Origin: Hyphomicrobium sp.
GTDB taxonomy: Bacteria; Pseudomonadota; Alphaproteobacteria; Rhizobiales; Hyphomicrobiaceae
Direction of reading: 5' to 3'
Length of the DNA: 64,000 bases
Assembly: GCA_030148425.1 (NCBI GenBank)
Contig: JASBTM010000005.1
Location: 279,671 to 343,670 of the forward strand
A program made the position numbers and the translations under genes. The notes under the pieces were generated by a model that was not told the origin of the DNA, searched no databases, and was given only the letters and a program-made list of their open reading frames with translations. Of this stretch, positions 18,810 to 28,808 are shown piece after piece. Numbering within the stretch: the first letter of the stretch is position 1; every line of letters starts with the position of its first letter.

Positions 18810-19053
18810 CGTTAAATCGCTCCGGGATCTTAAAGGGCATATGCCTCATTTACGGCAGGAACGCAAAGTCTCGTACCTTTGGCAGCCGTTTGAATGTTCC
18901 GTGGGGAACAGCAAGCCGTAAAGAAATCCGCCGACAGGCTTAAATGGGCATACCTTTGGCAAGGATTAGGACGTCAGGATGACGCGGGCGCCTTCCGGCA
19001 AGATCGAACTAAGTGGGCAGGATACCTTTCCGGCAAGTTTCCTCCACCAAGGC

Positions 19054-19491
19054 TTAAGACAGTCCCAGCCGCGGAATTTCGATGTGCGGGCAACGATCCA
19101 TGACGACCGTCAGACCTGCCGCGCGGGCCTCGGCGGCGGCCTCCTCGTTTATGATGTCGAGTTGCATCCAAACGACGCTGACGCCAAGGCGGTCCTTTTC
19201 GGCGATTACTTCCCGGACTATCCCCGGCACCGCATCGGAACTGCGAAAGATGTCAACGACGTCAACCGGCGCCTGCACGTCGGCGAGCGTGGCGGAAACT
19301 AATTGGTCATGAATGGTCTTGCCGGCGATGCCGGGATTGACCGGCTTCACGGTGTAGCCCTCCTCGATCAAAAATCGCATGACATCGTAGCTCGGGCGAT
19401 CGGGTTTGGGCGAAGCCCCCACAACGGCGAATGATTTGGCGCGCTTCAAGATCGCGCGGACGTCGTCGTCGCTTAGTCCGTCGATGCTCAT
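19054..19491 (-). CDS. CoA-binding protein (YccU family)
   Basis: AVVGASPKPDRPSY, VDIFR, VWMQL, VVMDRC. Confidence 0.92.
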   Translation of the reverse strand: MSIDGLSDDDVRAILKRAKSFAVVGASPKPDRPSYDVMRFLIEEGYTVKPVNPGIAGKTIHDQLVSATLADVQAPVDVVDIFRSSDAVPGIVREVIAEKDRLGVSVVWMQLDIINEEAAAEARAAGLTVVMDRCPHIEIPRLGLS

Positions 19492-19922
19492 GGTGCGGAA
19501 GCCTCGAGTATAATTCGCCCGTTTGCATCGAGCGACACGAAAGGATTGTGGGCGACTTCCCACAGGTGGCCATCCGGATCCGCGAAATATCCCGAGTAGC
19601 CGCCCCAAAAAACCTTCTGGCCGGGCTTCAGTAATTTCGCGCCAGCGGCGACGGCCTCGCGAAGCACCTCATCGACTTCGGATTCCGAATTGACATTATG
19701 GGCCAGCGATATGCCCGAAAAACCAGGCTCGCTCACCGGCACGCCAACGTCTTCCGCTAATGCGGCACGGCCGAAAAGCGAAAGCACAATTCCTCCCAAG
19801 TCGAAAAACGTGATCGCATCCTGACTGGCCGGCGACGCCGTGAAACCCAGCGCCTCGTAGAAACGGCGGGAGCGAGCGACATCGCCAACACCAAGGGTGA
19901 TGAATGAAACGCGTGCCTGCAA
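19488..19922 (-). CDS. VOC/glyoxalase family protein
   Basis: VSFITLGVGD, FWGGYSGYFADPDGHLWEVAHNP; TTG start assumed. Confidence 0.9.
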   Translation of the reverse strand: MQARVSFITLGVGDVARSRRFYEALGFTASPASQDAITFFDLGGIVLSLFGRAALAEDVGVPVSEPGFSGISLAHNVNSESEVDEVLREAVAAGAKLLKPGQKVFWGGYSGYFADPDGHLWEVAHNPFVSLDANGRIILEASAP

Positions 19923-19924
19923 GT

Positions 19925-20752
19925 TTACCGGTCCTTCCAATCGGGCTCTCGTTTCTCGATGAACGCGCAGATGCCCTCTTCCGAGTCGGCGGTCATCATG
20001 TTCCGCACCATGACCTCGCTCGCGTACATATAGGCATCGTCAAGAGCGAGTTCCGCTTGCCGGTAGAATGCCGCCTTGCCGAGTGCGACCGTCACTTTCG
20101 ATTTTGCGGCGATGACGCGCGCCATGTCCAGTGCTTCGTCCATGACTTGGGCCGCAGGGACCACGCGGTTGACGAGGCCGAAGCGCTCAGCATCGGCCGC
20201 CGACAGCGCTTCGCCGAGCAGAAGCATTTCCATCGCCCGTTTGCGCGGGATGTTGCGAGAGAGGGCTACCATCGGCGTCGAGCAGAACAGCCCGATGTTG
20301 ACGCCAGGCGTTGCGAAGTCGGCTGTTTCGGCCGCGACGGCGAGATCGCAGGTGGCAACGAGTTGGCAGCCGGCGGCGGTTGCGCGGCCTTCAACGGCCC
20401 CAATGACCGGTTTCGGGCAGGCCACGATAGCCTGCATCATCGCCGAGCATGCACTCATCGTTTCGCGAAAGAACGCTTCGCCGCCGTCCGCGTCGCTGCG
20501 GTGCGCCGTCAGTTCCTTCAGATCGTGGCCGGAAGAAAAGACCTTACCGCTCGCCGCGAGGATAATCGCTGCAACGGTCGCATCGGCGCCTAGACGTTCA
20601 ATCTCGGCATGGAGATCACGAATGAGCGCGCGCGACAATGCATTGCGCGCTTCGGGGCGATTGAGCGTCAGACGGATGACGCCCGGAGAAACCGTCTCCG
20701 ACAAGATCAACGCGCTGGAGCCGAGCCCGATACCGGGCGAAAGATCCTGCAT
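19925..20752 (-). CDS. Enoyl-CoA hydratase (ECHDC3-like)
   Basis: FSSGHDLKE, ATAAGCQLVATCDL, TPGVNIGLFCSTP. Confidence 0.93.
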   Translation of the reverse strand: MQDLSPGIGLGSSALILSETVSPGVIRLTLNRPEARNALSRALIRDLHAEIERLGADATVAAIILAASGKVFSSGHDLKELTAHRSDADGGEAFFRETMSACSAMMQAIVACPKPVIGAVEGRATAAGCQLVATCDLAVAAETADFATPGVNIGLFCSTPMVALSRNIPRKRAMEMLLLGEALSAADAERFGLVNRVVPAAQVMDEALDMARVIAAKSKVTVALGKAAFYRQAELALDDAYMYASEVMVRNMMTADSEEGICAFIEKREPDWKDR

Positions 20753-20785
20753 GTGTGCCTTCCGTAGCCGGCGGCGCCCCTACGC

Positions 20786-21358
20786 CTATTGCAGCGCTTT
20801 CTCGATCTCCGCACGGTGCGCCTTCACGATATCGACGTTCTCCTTGTACTGAAGGCGCGGCGTCGTGCCGATCGCTTCGTTCAGCTCATCCAGAAGCTGT
20901 TTCTTGTCCGCTTCGGGTATGCTGTTGTCCTTCTCGACTTCTTCGTGCTCTTTCTTCAGCGCGTCGACGGGATCGACGAAGTTCCCCGTGCCGGAATCGA
21001 GTCCGGCCATGACGATGGAGATGTTCGCGGCAACGTCGTCGAGTTCGGCGAAAGTTTGAAAGCCGTGCTTCTTGGCGATATTTTCGAGCTCGTTCTGAAG
21101 CGTCGGATCTGGCTTATCGCCGGCAGCCTGGATCTTGCTCGCGATGGCAGCGAGATCGGCTTGTGCTCCGATGAAGTGCGTAACCTGGTCATCCGTCAGC
21201 TTGATTTGCTTGACGTCATCGCTCGGGGACGGGGCGCCGTGCTCCGCCGCGGGCGCGTTCGGTGCTTTGGCATCCTCGGCGACAGCCAGCGCAATCCCGG
21301 CGAAAAGACCAAGTCCTCCGATAATCAAGCGTATTGCCGCCTTGGTCGAAGAGACCAT
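20786..21358 (-). CDS. Secreted hypothetical protein
   Basis: Signal peptide (…IALAVA), GGAGG RBS, acidic helical body. Confidence 0.8.
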   Translation of the reverse strand: MVSSTKAAIRLIIGGLGLFAGIALAVAEDAKAPNAPAAEHGAPSPSDDVKQIKLTDDQVTHFIGAQADLAAIASKIQAAGDKPDPTLQNELENIAKKHGFQTFAELDDVAANISIVMAGLDSGTGNFVDPVDALKKEHEEVEKDNSIPEADKKQLLDELNEAIGTTPRLQYKENVDIVKAHRAEIEKALQ

Positions 21359-21758
21359 CGTGTTCCTCCAATTGCGCTGCCCGCATCGCGCGGTATTGCT
21401 GCTTCGGACCTCTTACGCCCACTCGGCGGAGATTGAAAAAGCTTCGACTTCCCCGTTTCTCATTTTCATGCCGGTGTGTGGCGCTAAAGATCAGCTGGGA
21501 TTTAACGCATGCAGTCTGCACCGCCAATGAACAAAGGAGACGAGAGCCTAGTCCCGTTATTTACGGTAACGGAATACCTCAGGTGGTATTATTTTACCGT
21601 ATCAATATAATTGATTGATATTGCTAGTAAAATTTCGTCTATTGAAATTGCTCTTGCAAAGAACGCACACTTTCGGGTATGGACGCCCCTTCTCGGAACG
21701 CCACGTGCACCGATTGTTTTGAGTGCGCGCAGCCAATCCGCCAAGGAGCTTCAATATA

Positions 21759-22220
21759 ATGTCTACCTATGTCGCCAAGCCGGCCACGGTGGAGAAGAAG
21801 TGGGTTCTCATCGACGCCGAAGGGCTCGTTGTCGGCCGCCTCGCCGCTCTCATCGCGACGCGCCTCAAAGGCAAGCACAGACCAATTTACACGCCGCATG
21901 TCGATTGCGGTGACAATATCGTCGTCATCAACGCCGAGAAGGTCGTCTTCACCGGCGCCAAGCGCGAAGACAAAGTCTATTATAAGCACACGGGCTATCC
22001 GGGCGGCATCAAGGAACGGACGCCGCGCCAGATCCTCGACAGCAAGCATCCCGAGCGGATCGTCGAGAAAGCCGTCGAGCGCATGCTCGCTCGCGGTCCC
22101 CTCCATCGCCAGCTGATGCGCAATCTCCGCGTCTACAAGGGCGGTGTGCATCCCCATGAAGCGCAGAATCCGGAAAAGCTCGACATCGCGAAGCTGAACC
22201 GCAAGAACGTGAGGGTCTAA
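21759..22220 (+). CDS. rplM: 50S ribosomal protein L13
   Basis: [31 protein letters not shown]. Confidence 0.99.
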   Translation: MSTYVAKPATVEKKWVLIDAEGLVVGRLAALIATRLKGKHRPIYTPHVDCGDNIVVINAEKVVFTGAKREDKVYYKHTGYPGGIKERTPRQILDSKHPERIVEKAVERMLARGPLHRQLMRNLRVYKGGVHPHEAQNPEKLDIAKLNRKNVRV

Positions 22221-22224
22221 GACC

Positions 22225-22704
22225 ATGGTTACCGAAACAAAGACCCTCGCCGACCTCGCAGCCGTGAAGGGCTCGGAGCCCGAAGCTGCTCCGGTCCGCA
22301 CTCAGAAGCTCGACAAGCTTGGCCGCGCCTACGCAACCGGCAAGCGGAAGAACGCCGTCGCCCGTGTGTGGCTGAAGCCCGGCAAGGGCATGATCACGGT
22401 CAACGAGAAGGACTACAAGGCGTACTTCGCCCGTCCGGTTCTTCAGATGCTGCTTCAGCAGCCGCTCGATCTCGCGAACCGCGCAACGCAATACGACATT
22501 CGTATTTCCGTCGCAGGTGGCGGTCTTTCGGGACAGGCCGGCGCGGTGCGTCACGGCATCTCGAAGGCGCTCACCTATTATGAGCCGGAGCTGCGAGGCG
22601 TATTGAAGAAGCAGGGCTTCCTGACGCGCGACAGCCGCGTTGTCGAACGTAAGAAGTACGGCAAGGTCAAGGCTCGCAAGTCCTTCCAGTTCTCGAAGCG
22701 CTAA
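22225..22704 (+). CDS. rpsI: 30S ribosomal protein S9
   Basis: [29 protein letters not shown]. Confidence 0.99.
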   Translation: MVTETKTLADLAAVKGSEPEAAPVRTQKLDKLGRAYATGKRKNAVARVWLKPGKGMITVNEKDYKAYFARPVLQMLLQQPLDLANRATQYDIRISVAGGGLSGQAGAVRHGISKALTYYEPELRGVLKKQGFLTRDSRVVERKKYGKVKARKSFQFSKR

Positions 22705-22725
22705 GACGAGCGGTCCTCGTGAGAC

Positions 22726-22766
22726 GAAAGCACAGCCCGCCCTTTTCGGCGGGCTGTTTGCTTTTC
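22726..22766 (+). terminator. Rho-independent terminator after rpsI
   Basis: acagcccgcc/ggcgggctgt stem followed by ttgcttttc. Confidence 0.7.
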
Positions 22767-22865
22767 TGTCACTGGAGGGTTGCCGCAAGGGCACTGCGAT
22801 GCCACATAGCCAAAGATTTTATGCCGTGTGCGGCGTGAGTTAGAACCGGGGGGTTCGGAGAGATA

Positions 22866-23621
22866 ATGGACGCAGTGTTGAACGGTATTCATGAGCTGTG
22901 GACGGTTCTCGTAACCGACATCGGCTATCTCCTATCGCCCCACTGGTGGCGGACCCACGCCGTACCGCTTTTTAATATCCTAATGATCGACCTGACGCTG
23001 GCCGGCGACAATGCCATCGTGGTCGGGATGGCGGCTTCGCGCGTCGAGAAGTCGATGCGCACGAAGGTGATCTTCTGGGGCATCCTCGGGGCAGTTGTGC
23101 TCCGGATCATCTTCTCCGGTATCGCGCAGCAGATGCTTCAGGTGATCGGACTGACGCTTGCGGGCGGCATCCTCCTGCTGTTCGTCTGCTGGAAGATGTA
23201 CAAGCAGATCGTCGAAGCGGACACCCACTCGATACATGAGGTGGAAAAGAACCTCGCTTCTTCCGATCCTCATCCGCATCCGACGACGTTCTGGAGCGCG
23301 CTCTGGACCATCATTCTCGCCGATCTTTCGATGTCGCTCGACAATGTGCTGGCGGTTGCTGGTGCGGCAGGTGAATCGACGCTCGTTCTCGTCATCGGCT
23401 TGGCGATCGCGATCGTCCTGATGGCCGTTGCCTCGACCTATATCGCGAAGCTGCTCGCCCGCTATCCGTGGATTGCATGGGTCGGACTGGCCATTATCCT
23501 CTATGTTGCAGCGGATATGATCTATCGCGACGGTCACAGGATCGTCTGCGCGAACTACGGGATCGGCTGCTCGGAGACGATCTGGCAGGGCATCAAGCAT
23601 CGGCTTGGATTCGGTGGCTGA
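22866..23621 (+). CDS. TerC/YjbE family membrane protein
   Basis: IDLTLAGDNAIVV and ADLSMSLDNVLAVAG. Confidence 0.92.
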   Translation: MDAVLNGIHELWTVLVTDIGYLLSPHWWRTHAVPLFNILMIDLTLAGDNAIVVGMAASRVEKSMRTKVIFWGILGAVVLRIIFSGIAQQMLQVIGLTLAGGILLLFVCWKMYKQIVEADTHSIHEVEKNLASSDPHPHPTTFWSALWTIILADLSMSLDNVLAVAGAAGESTLVLVIGLAIAIVLMAVASTYIAKLLARYPWIAWVGLAIILYVAADMIYRDGHRIVCANYGIGCSETIWQGIKHRLGFGG

Positions 23622-23622
23622 C

Positions 23623-24573
23623 ATGGCAACGGCGACGGCAGTGAAGACGAAGCTCGCACGGGTTTTCATCGATGGCGAGGCCGGAACGACCGGCCTCGAA
23701 ATCCGCGAACGGCTCGCAGGCGTCGATTGCATCGACGTGAGGAGCATCGATCCGGCGAAGCGCAAGGATCGCGACGCGCGGTCTGCCATGCTGCGCGACG
23801 TCGATCTCGTCGTGCTGTGCCTGCCTGACGATGCCGCGCGCGAGACGGTCGCGCTCGCCGACGAGCTTGGTCCGAATGCGCCGAAGATCGTCGACGCTTC
23901 GACCGCGCACCGGGTCGCCGATGGCTGGGTCTATGGCTTCGCGGAAATGACCCGTGGCCATGCCGACGCCATTCGGTCAGCGACGCGGGTCTCTAATCCC
24001 GGCTGCTATCCGACGGGCGGCATTGCGCTGCTGAGACCGCTCGTCGACGCGGGCATCATCGAGCCGGATTATCCGATCACAGTCAACGCCGTCTCCGGCT
24101 ATTCGGGTGGCGGCCGGCCGATGATCGAAGCCTATGAAGCAGGCACGGCGCCCGCATTCGAGCTTTACGGACTCGGCCTCGAGCACAAGCATGTGCCCGA
24201 GCTGCAGGCATATTCGGGATTGTCGCGGCGACCGATTTTCGTGCCGAGCGTCGGCAACTTCCGGCAAGGGATGCTCGTCTCCGTGCCGTTGCACCTCGAT
24301 ACGTTGCCCGGCAAGCCCTGCCTGCGCGATATCGAGCTGGTGCTCGACGAGCATTATCGGGGCAGCGAATTCGTGAGCGTCATCGCGGAGCCATCGGCGG
24401 CCATGAGCCGTCTTGAACCTGAGGCGCTCAACGGCACGGACAAGCTGGAGCTCTACGTGTTCGGCAAGAGCGCGCTGAACCAAGCGGTGCTCGTCGCGCG
24501 TCTCGACAATCTCGGCAAAGGCGCTGCCGGCGCCGCCGTGCAGAACATCAAGCTGATGCTCGGCCTCGGCTAG
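23623..24573 (+). CDS. argC: N-acetyl-gamma-glutamyl-phosphate reductase (type 2)
   Basis: FIDGEAGTTG, SNPGCYPT, DNLGKGA. Confidence 0.97.
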   Translation: MATATAVKTKLARVFIDGEAGTTGLEIRERLAGVDCIDVRSIDPAKRKDRDARSAMLRDVDLVVLCLPDDAARETVALADELGPNAPKIVDASTAHRVADGWVYGFAEMTRGHADAIRSATRVSNPGCYPTGGIALLRPLVDAGIIEPDYPITVNAVSGYSGGGRPMIEAYEAGTAPAFELYGLGLEHKHVPELQAYSGLSRRPIFVPSVGNFRQGMLVSVPLHLDTLPGKPCLRDIELVLDEHYRGSEFVSVIAEPSAAMSRLEPEALNGTDKLELYVFGKSALNQAVLVARLDNLGKGAAGAAVQNIKLMLGLG

Positions 24574-25669
24574 CATAGAAATCGCGCGGGACGACGCCTG
24601 CGCGATACACAGCGTGCAGGTGGACAACGGCGAGCATGAACACGATTGCGCCGCCACCCTGATGCAAGAGTCCGAGGTCCAAGCGGACATGCGTCAGCAG
24701 CGTGAAGACGCCAAGCGCGATCTGCGCGACGATCGCAGCTCCGAGCCATTGCGCCGTGATGCGGATGCGGTCGTCGACCGGTGTGCGGCTCGTCAGCCAG
24801 ATCTGCACGAAAGCGAGGATAGCGACGAGATACGCCATCATGCGGTGATTGAACTGCGTCGCGGCGTGGCTTTCGAAGAAGCTCAGATATGCGGGCTTCA
24901 TCCAGTAGTCGCTCGGCACGAACTGACCGTTCATCGACGGCCAGGTATTGTAGATATACCCGGCGCGGAGCCCGGCGACGAACGCGCCGAGTACGACCTG
25001 GAACAGAACGGCCGCGACGATGATGACGGCCAAACGCTTGATCAAGGTTGTCGCGACCTCGCCGGTAACGCGCGCCTCGCCCGGCCATTCTTCGAGAGCT
25101 GCCCAGACGAGCAGGCCGAGGATCATAAAGGCGGCCGTGAGATGCAGCGCGAGGCGATATTGGCTAACCTCGATGCGCTCGCTCAAGCCGGAACTCACCA
25201 TGTACCAGCCGATAAAGCCTTGAAGAGCGCCCAGCGCCAGGATGCCCAGAAACTTCATTCCGGTGCCGCGCTTCAGCTTGCCTGTCCACCAGAAGTATAG
25301 GAACGGCAGCGCGAAAACGATGCCGATCGCACGACCGAGCAGACGATGGCTCCACTCCCAATAGTAGATGAACTTGAAGTCTTCGAGCGACATGCCCTGG
25401 TTCAGGGCGTGGTATTGCGGGATCAGCTTGTACTTCTCGAACGCCGCCATCCAATCGGCTTCGTTGAGCGGTGGGATCGCGCCGAGGAGCGGTTGCCATT
25501 CGGTGATCGATAGACCGCTTTCCGTCAGCCGCGTGGCGCCGCCGACGACCACCATGGCGAACACCAGCGCCGCCACGAGCCACAGCCAAAGCGAAACTGC
25601 GCGGCGACCGCCCTCACTGCCCTTAGCGGCCATCGTGGTCTGCTTTTCGGAAAGTTGCATCATCGTCAT
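24548..25669 (-). CDS. ctaA: Heme A synthase COX15/CtaA
   Basis: GGATRLTESGLSITEW, EWSHRLLGR, QFNHR, HQGG; start approximate. Confidence 0.95.
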   Translation of the reverse strand: MTMMQLSEKQTTMAAKGSEGGRRAVSLWLWLVAALVFAMVVVGGATRLTESGLSITEWQPLLGAIPPLNEADWMAAFEKYKLIPQYHALNQGMSLEDFKFIYYWEWSHRLLGRAIGIVFALPFLYFWWTGKLKRGTGMKFLGILALGALQGFIGWYMVSSGLSERIEVSQYRLALHLTAAFMILGLLVWAALEEWPGEARVTGEVATTLIKRLAVIIVAAVLFQVVLGAFVAGLRAGYIYNTWPSMNGQFVPSDYWMKPAYLSFFESHAATQFNHRMMAYLVAILAFVQIWLTSRTPVDDRIRITAQWLGAAIVAQIALGVFTLLTHVRLDLGLLHQGGGAIVFMLAVVHLHAVYRAGVVPRDFYASRGRASA

Positions 25670-25783
25670 CGGCGGGGCATATCCTCGGGCCGTTCTCTGT
25701 CGCGTGTGATACTCTTTCATTGCAGCGGGACAATGCGCCCATGCGGCGCGGCCGTAGCAAATATCGCGGATTTTACTAAACGA

Positions 25784-25993
25784 ATGACGCAACGCAAAAG
25801 AAAGCTCGTCGGCACGGTAGCTCTGCTTTTGCTCGTGGGCATCTATGCAATTCTAGCAGTGGCCGTTGCGGTCGTTCTTCAAGTGCGCAACGTCAGCAAA
25901 TTCGCCGAACTCGCCTACTATGTCGTTGCGGGGCTGCTTTGGGTCGTTCCCGCCGGATGGCTCATCAGCTGGATGCAGCGTCCCGACCGCTGA
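25784..25993 (+). CDS. Small membrane protein (DUF2842-like)
   Basis: MTQRKRKLVG...YYVVAGLLWVVP...WMQRPD; divergent from ctaA. Confidence 0.8.
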   Translation: MTQRKRKLVGTVALLLLVGIYAILAVAVAVVLQVRNVSKFAELAYYVVAGLLWVVPAGWLISWMQRPDR

Positions 25994-27085
25994 TCATTGT
26001 GCATACTCGCCGGCAAATGGCGAAACGGCGCGCAGGAAGCCATCCCTTATTGCGTAGGGCAAGCCCGACAAAAGAGCCGTGACGTAGCGCTGCTGTTGGA
26101 GATCGCCATGGAGCGAAAGTCGTGGCAGCGCGGTCATGCACTCCGCATGCGACCAACGTATAAGGCCGCGCCGCGACGTCACCGCCGTTTCGAGCCCGAG
26201 TGTCCGCGCGATCTCGAACTCGCGTGCTCCGACAACGCGCCTGTCGCCGCAAGGATAGCTCAGATGGCGGCACGGCTTGCCGATCTCACGGCTGACCCGT
26301 TGCACGCTTTCTTCGATTTCCCGCGCAGCTTCTTCCGCCGGAAGTCTGGCTAGCGCGAAGCGGCCACAGGTGTGAGCGGCGATGGTCGCGAGTGAATCTT
26401 TCGCCAGCGTTCGGATGTCGTTCCAGTTCATCACGCGTTCGCGGCAGAGCGCTACGGGATCGATGCCGGCTTGCAAGGCCATGCCGCGTGTGACGGCGCG
26501 TGCACGAGCTTCCGGAACGCTTCGCAGCCACTGACAAATGCTTTCGAATGCCTGCGCCTTATCGCGGTCGTTCGACAGCATGTAGACGCGCGGCACGCCA
26601 TCGCGATCGATCTTCACGTCAGGCAGGCGCCGCAGCGCTTCTTCGAGCGTCAACCACCAGAGATCGCCTTCCCCGTCGGCACAGGTGATCGGGACGTATA
26701 CCGTGAACGGTACGCCAAGCCTGCGGAAGATCGGATAGGCGAACTCAAGGCTGTCCTTGTAGGCGCCGTCGAGCGTGAAGACCGCGAATGGCTTCGCCGT
26801 TCGTCTCTTGCCGATCAGGCGCTGTCTCACGTCGTCCAGACCGATGGTTTCAAAACCATGTCTTCGAATAGACTCGATCACGGCTTCGAGGAACGCGGGC
26901 TTAATCTTGAGCTTGCCGTTCGGCTCAAACGGCCGCCGCTCCGCCGGAGTTACGTGGTGCAACGTAAACACCACTCCGTTTTTCGGAATATAGCGCGATG
27001 CGAGCGAACTTAATCCTGAATAATGGAGGGCAGAAAGCGCAGCCTTTCCCAGTTCGGAAGACGAACCCAACATGAAATACCCCAA
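25994..27085 (-). CDS. Polysaccharide deacetylase (NodB/CE4) family protein with degenerate motifs
   Basis: FTLDGAYKD, PFTVYVP, AHTCGR, HLSYPCG, LPRLSL. Confidence 0.82.
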   Translation of the reverse strand: MGYFMLGSSSELGKAALSALHYSGLSSLASRYIPKNGVVFTLHHVTPAERRPFEPNGKLKIKPAFLEAVIESIRRHGFETIGLDDVRQRLIGKRRTAKPFAVFTLDGAYKDSLEFAYPIFRRLGVPFTVYVPITCADGEGDLWWLTLEEALRRLPDVKIDRDGVPRVYMLSNDRDKAQAFESICQWLRSVPEARARAVTRGMALQAGIDPVALCRERVMNWNDIRTLAKDSLATIAAHTCGRFALARLPAEEAAREIEESVQRVSREIGKPCRHLSYPCGDRRVVGAREFEIARTLGLETAVTSRRGLIRWSHAECMTALPRLSLHGDLQQQRYVTALLSGLPYAIRDGFLRAVSPFAGEYAQ

Positions 27086-27115
27086 CGCATATGAATATCG
27101 ATTTTCAATAAATTC

Positions 27116-28294
27116 TCAGGCACGTCGTGCCACTATTTCCCGTGTACGCGTCGCGAGTGCGATGCGGCTTGCAATCGGAGAAGCTGATGTTTCCAAGCGC
27201 CGATAATGCAGAATATCAATATCGGCGACCTCGAATCCTAGGAACATTCCCGCCGGTTCCGCCGGAGTAGCGGTTTCCCTGGGAGAGACGACAAGAACGC
27301 CAGCATCGAACCGACCTTCGATGCATTCGAAAAGGACTTTCGCCTCGTTGTGACGGCCGGTGACAATGATAAAATCATAGGCTTCATCGAGCGCGTCCAG
27401 CACCAGATTCAAGAAATCGGGATCCAGCTTTTGGCCCGATCCGGACATCGGCTCGCCGCTTCCGATGGCGTGCGCTCGCGTTCCCGGCAAATGCTGAATG
27501 ATATCGTCGAAACTTGCCTTGCCGCGAACGAGATCGTTGAAGCCGAGCCGCATCTCGAGTCCGGTCGTGCGCGCAAACCCCTCGGCGGTCGGGCTCCAAT
27601 CGACGAGGATCGTCTGCGCGCCGCCGTCGCTGAGCGACTTCGCGAGTTCGAGCGCGACACTGTAAGGGGCAACGGTCTCGGCCTCGCCCGTGATCATCGT
27701 CCGTTGACCGCCCCCGGACGGACGGCGCGCTTTAATGCGGACTGTGAGGGTGTCGATGTCTGAATAAGGAGGCAGCACGGCTGGCGTTTCGACGTCGACC
27801 GCCTTAGCGCTGGCCAGGGAGAACGATACTTCGGCCAGCGCGCTGCGCGCGGCAGCAATGTCGGCTCTCTCGCGGTCGAACATATCCTCGCGCATCGGCT
27901 CAGTGGGAGACGAAACTACAACGGGCTCCGGACGGCCATGTGCGGTGATGCTGCGGGCGTTGCCGCGCGCGCCAGCGGCAGAGTCGCCGCGACGTGCCTG
28001 AATAGAAACCCACGCCGTCGCGATTATCACCGCCGCTAATCCGATCAACACCGACAGCTCAATGCGCGGAGACAACACCGCACTGTGAAATCCGGGCACG
28101 AGCGGCAGGAGGGCGAAAGTTGTCACGCCAACTAGCGCGCCGATAAGGACGAACTGACGTGCATGCGTCTTCAGCCCTTCAGGGGCCTTCGGCACTTGAA
28201 GTTGCTCCGGTGAGGCGTGCGAACGCGACAGCATTAATCGAGCTCGATTGGGGGTTTCAGCGATGCCAGAGTAAGCGTCGCTCGAAGTTAGCAA
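27116..28294 (-). CDS. Membrane protein with a degenerate Wzc/BY-kinase-like C-terminal domain
   Basis: Two TM segments, then TILVDW, LGFNDLVRG..FDDII, LDALDEAYDFIIV; no Walker A. Confidence 0.65.
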   Translation of the reverse strand: MLTSSDAYSGIAETPNRARLMLSRSHASPEQLQVPKAPEGLKTHARQFVLIGALVGVTTFALLPLVPGFHSAVLSPRIELSVLIGLAAVIIATAWVSIQARRGDSAAGARGNARSITAHGRPEPVVVSSPTEPMREDMFDRERADIAAARSALAEVSFSLASAKAVDVETPAVLPPYSDIDTLTVRIKARRPSGGGQRTMITGEAETVAPYSVALELAKSLSDGGAQTILVDWSPTAEGFARTTGLEMRLGFNDLVRGKASFDDIIQHLPGTRAHAIGSGEPMSGSGQKLDPDFLNLVLDALDEAYDFIIVTGRHNEAKVLFECIEGRFDAGVLVVSPRETATPAEPAGMFLGFEVADIDILHYRRLETSASPIASRIALATRTREIVARRA

Positions 28295-28808
28295 GTGCTT
28301 AATCGATTTGAAAAAATGCGGTGCATCTCAGAAACTTTAGCGCGCCTCCGACTATTGTTTTGTTTTGCAGGACCACGCGGACACACCATCAGTCGGAATT
28401 ATTCCCGGCGATAGCAGGAATAATTCTTCTTCTCTGGCGGCGCTCGCGAAAATCTCGACACTTGCTTGCCTATTGAGACGCGCGGACTCGCGTTTCAGAC
28501 GAAGCGACAAGAGAGGTGCCGCGAGGTCCGTAATTGTGGGATCGGCACGACTTTTCCCAATAAAATGCCGAGCTTTCGCTGTTATCGATCATTTCCAATA
28601 AACGTCGCCGATTGAAATTTGCAGCGTAGAATCGAAAATGCGGTGTCAGCAGATGGCACGCTTCGGTTCGCTCGCTCGTTATAAAAATCCCGATGCAGGT
28701 TCTTTGACTGCGGGTCAGACAAGCATCGTTTTTGCCGCCTTTGCTTGACGCGCATACCTACGTGCGCCAAGAAGTTACAATGTTACAAGTTGAGCACAGC
28801 TGCTTCTT

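Noticed and set aside
18810-19050. FMN riboswitch or EcfG promoter upstream of ribA
   Set aside because: No RFN consensus is present, and the GGAAC sites there lack a correctly spaced (C/G)GTT.
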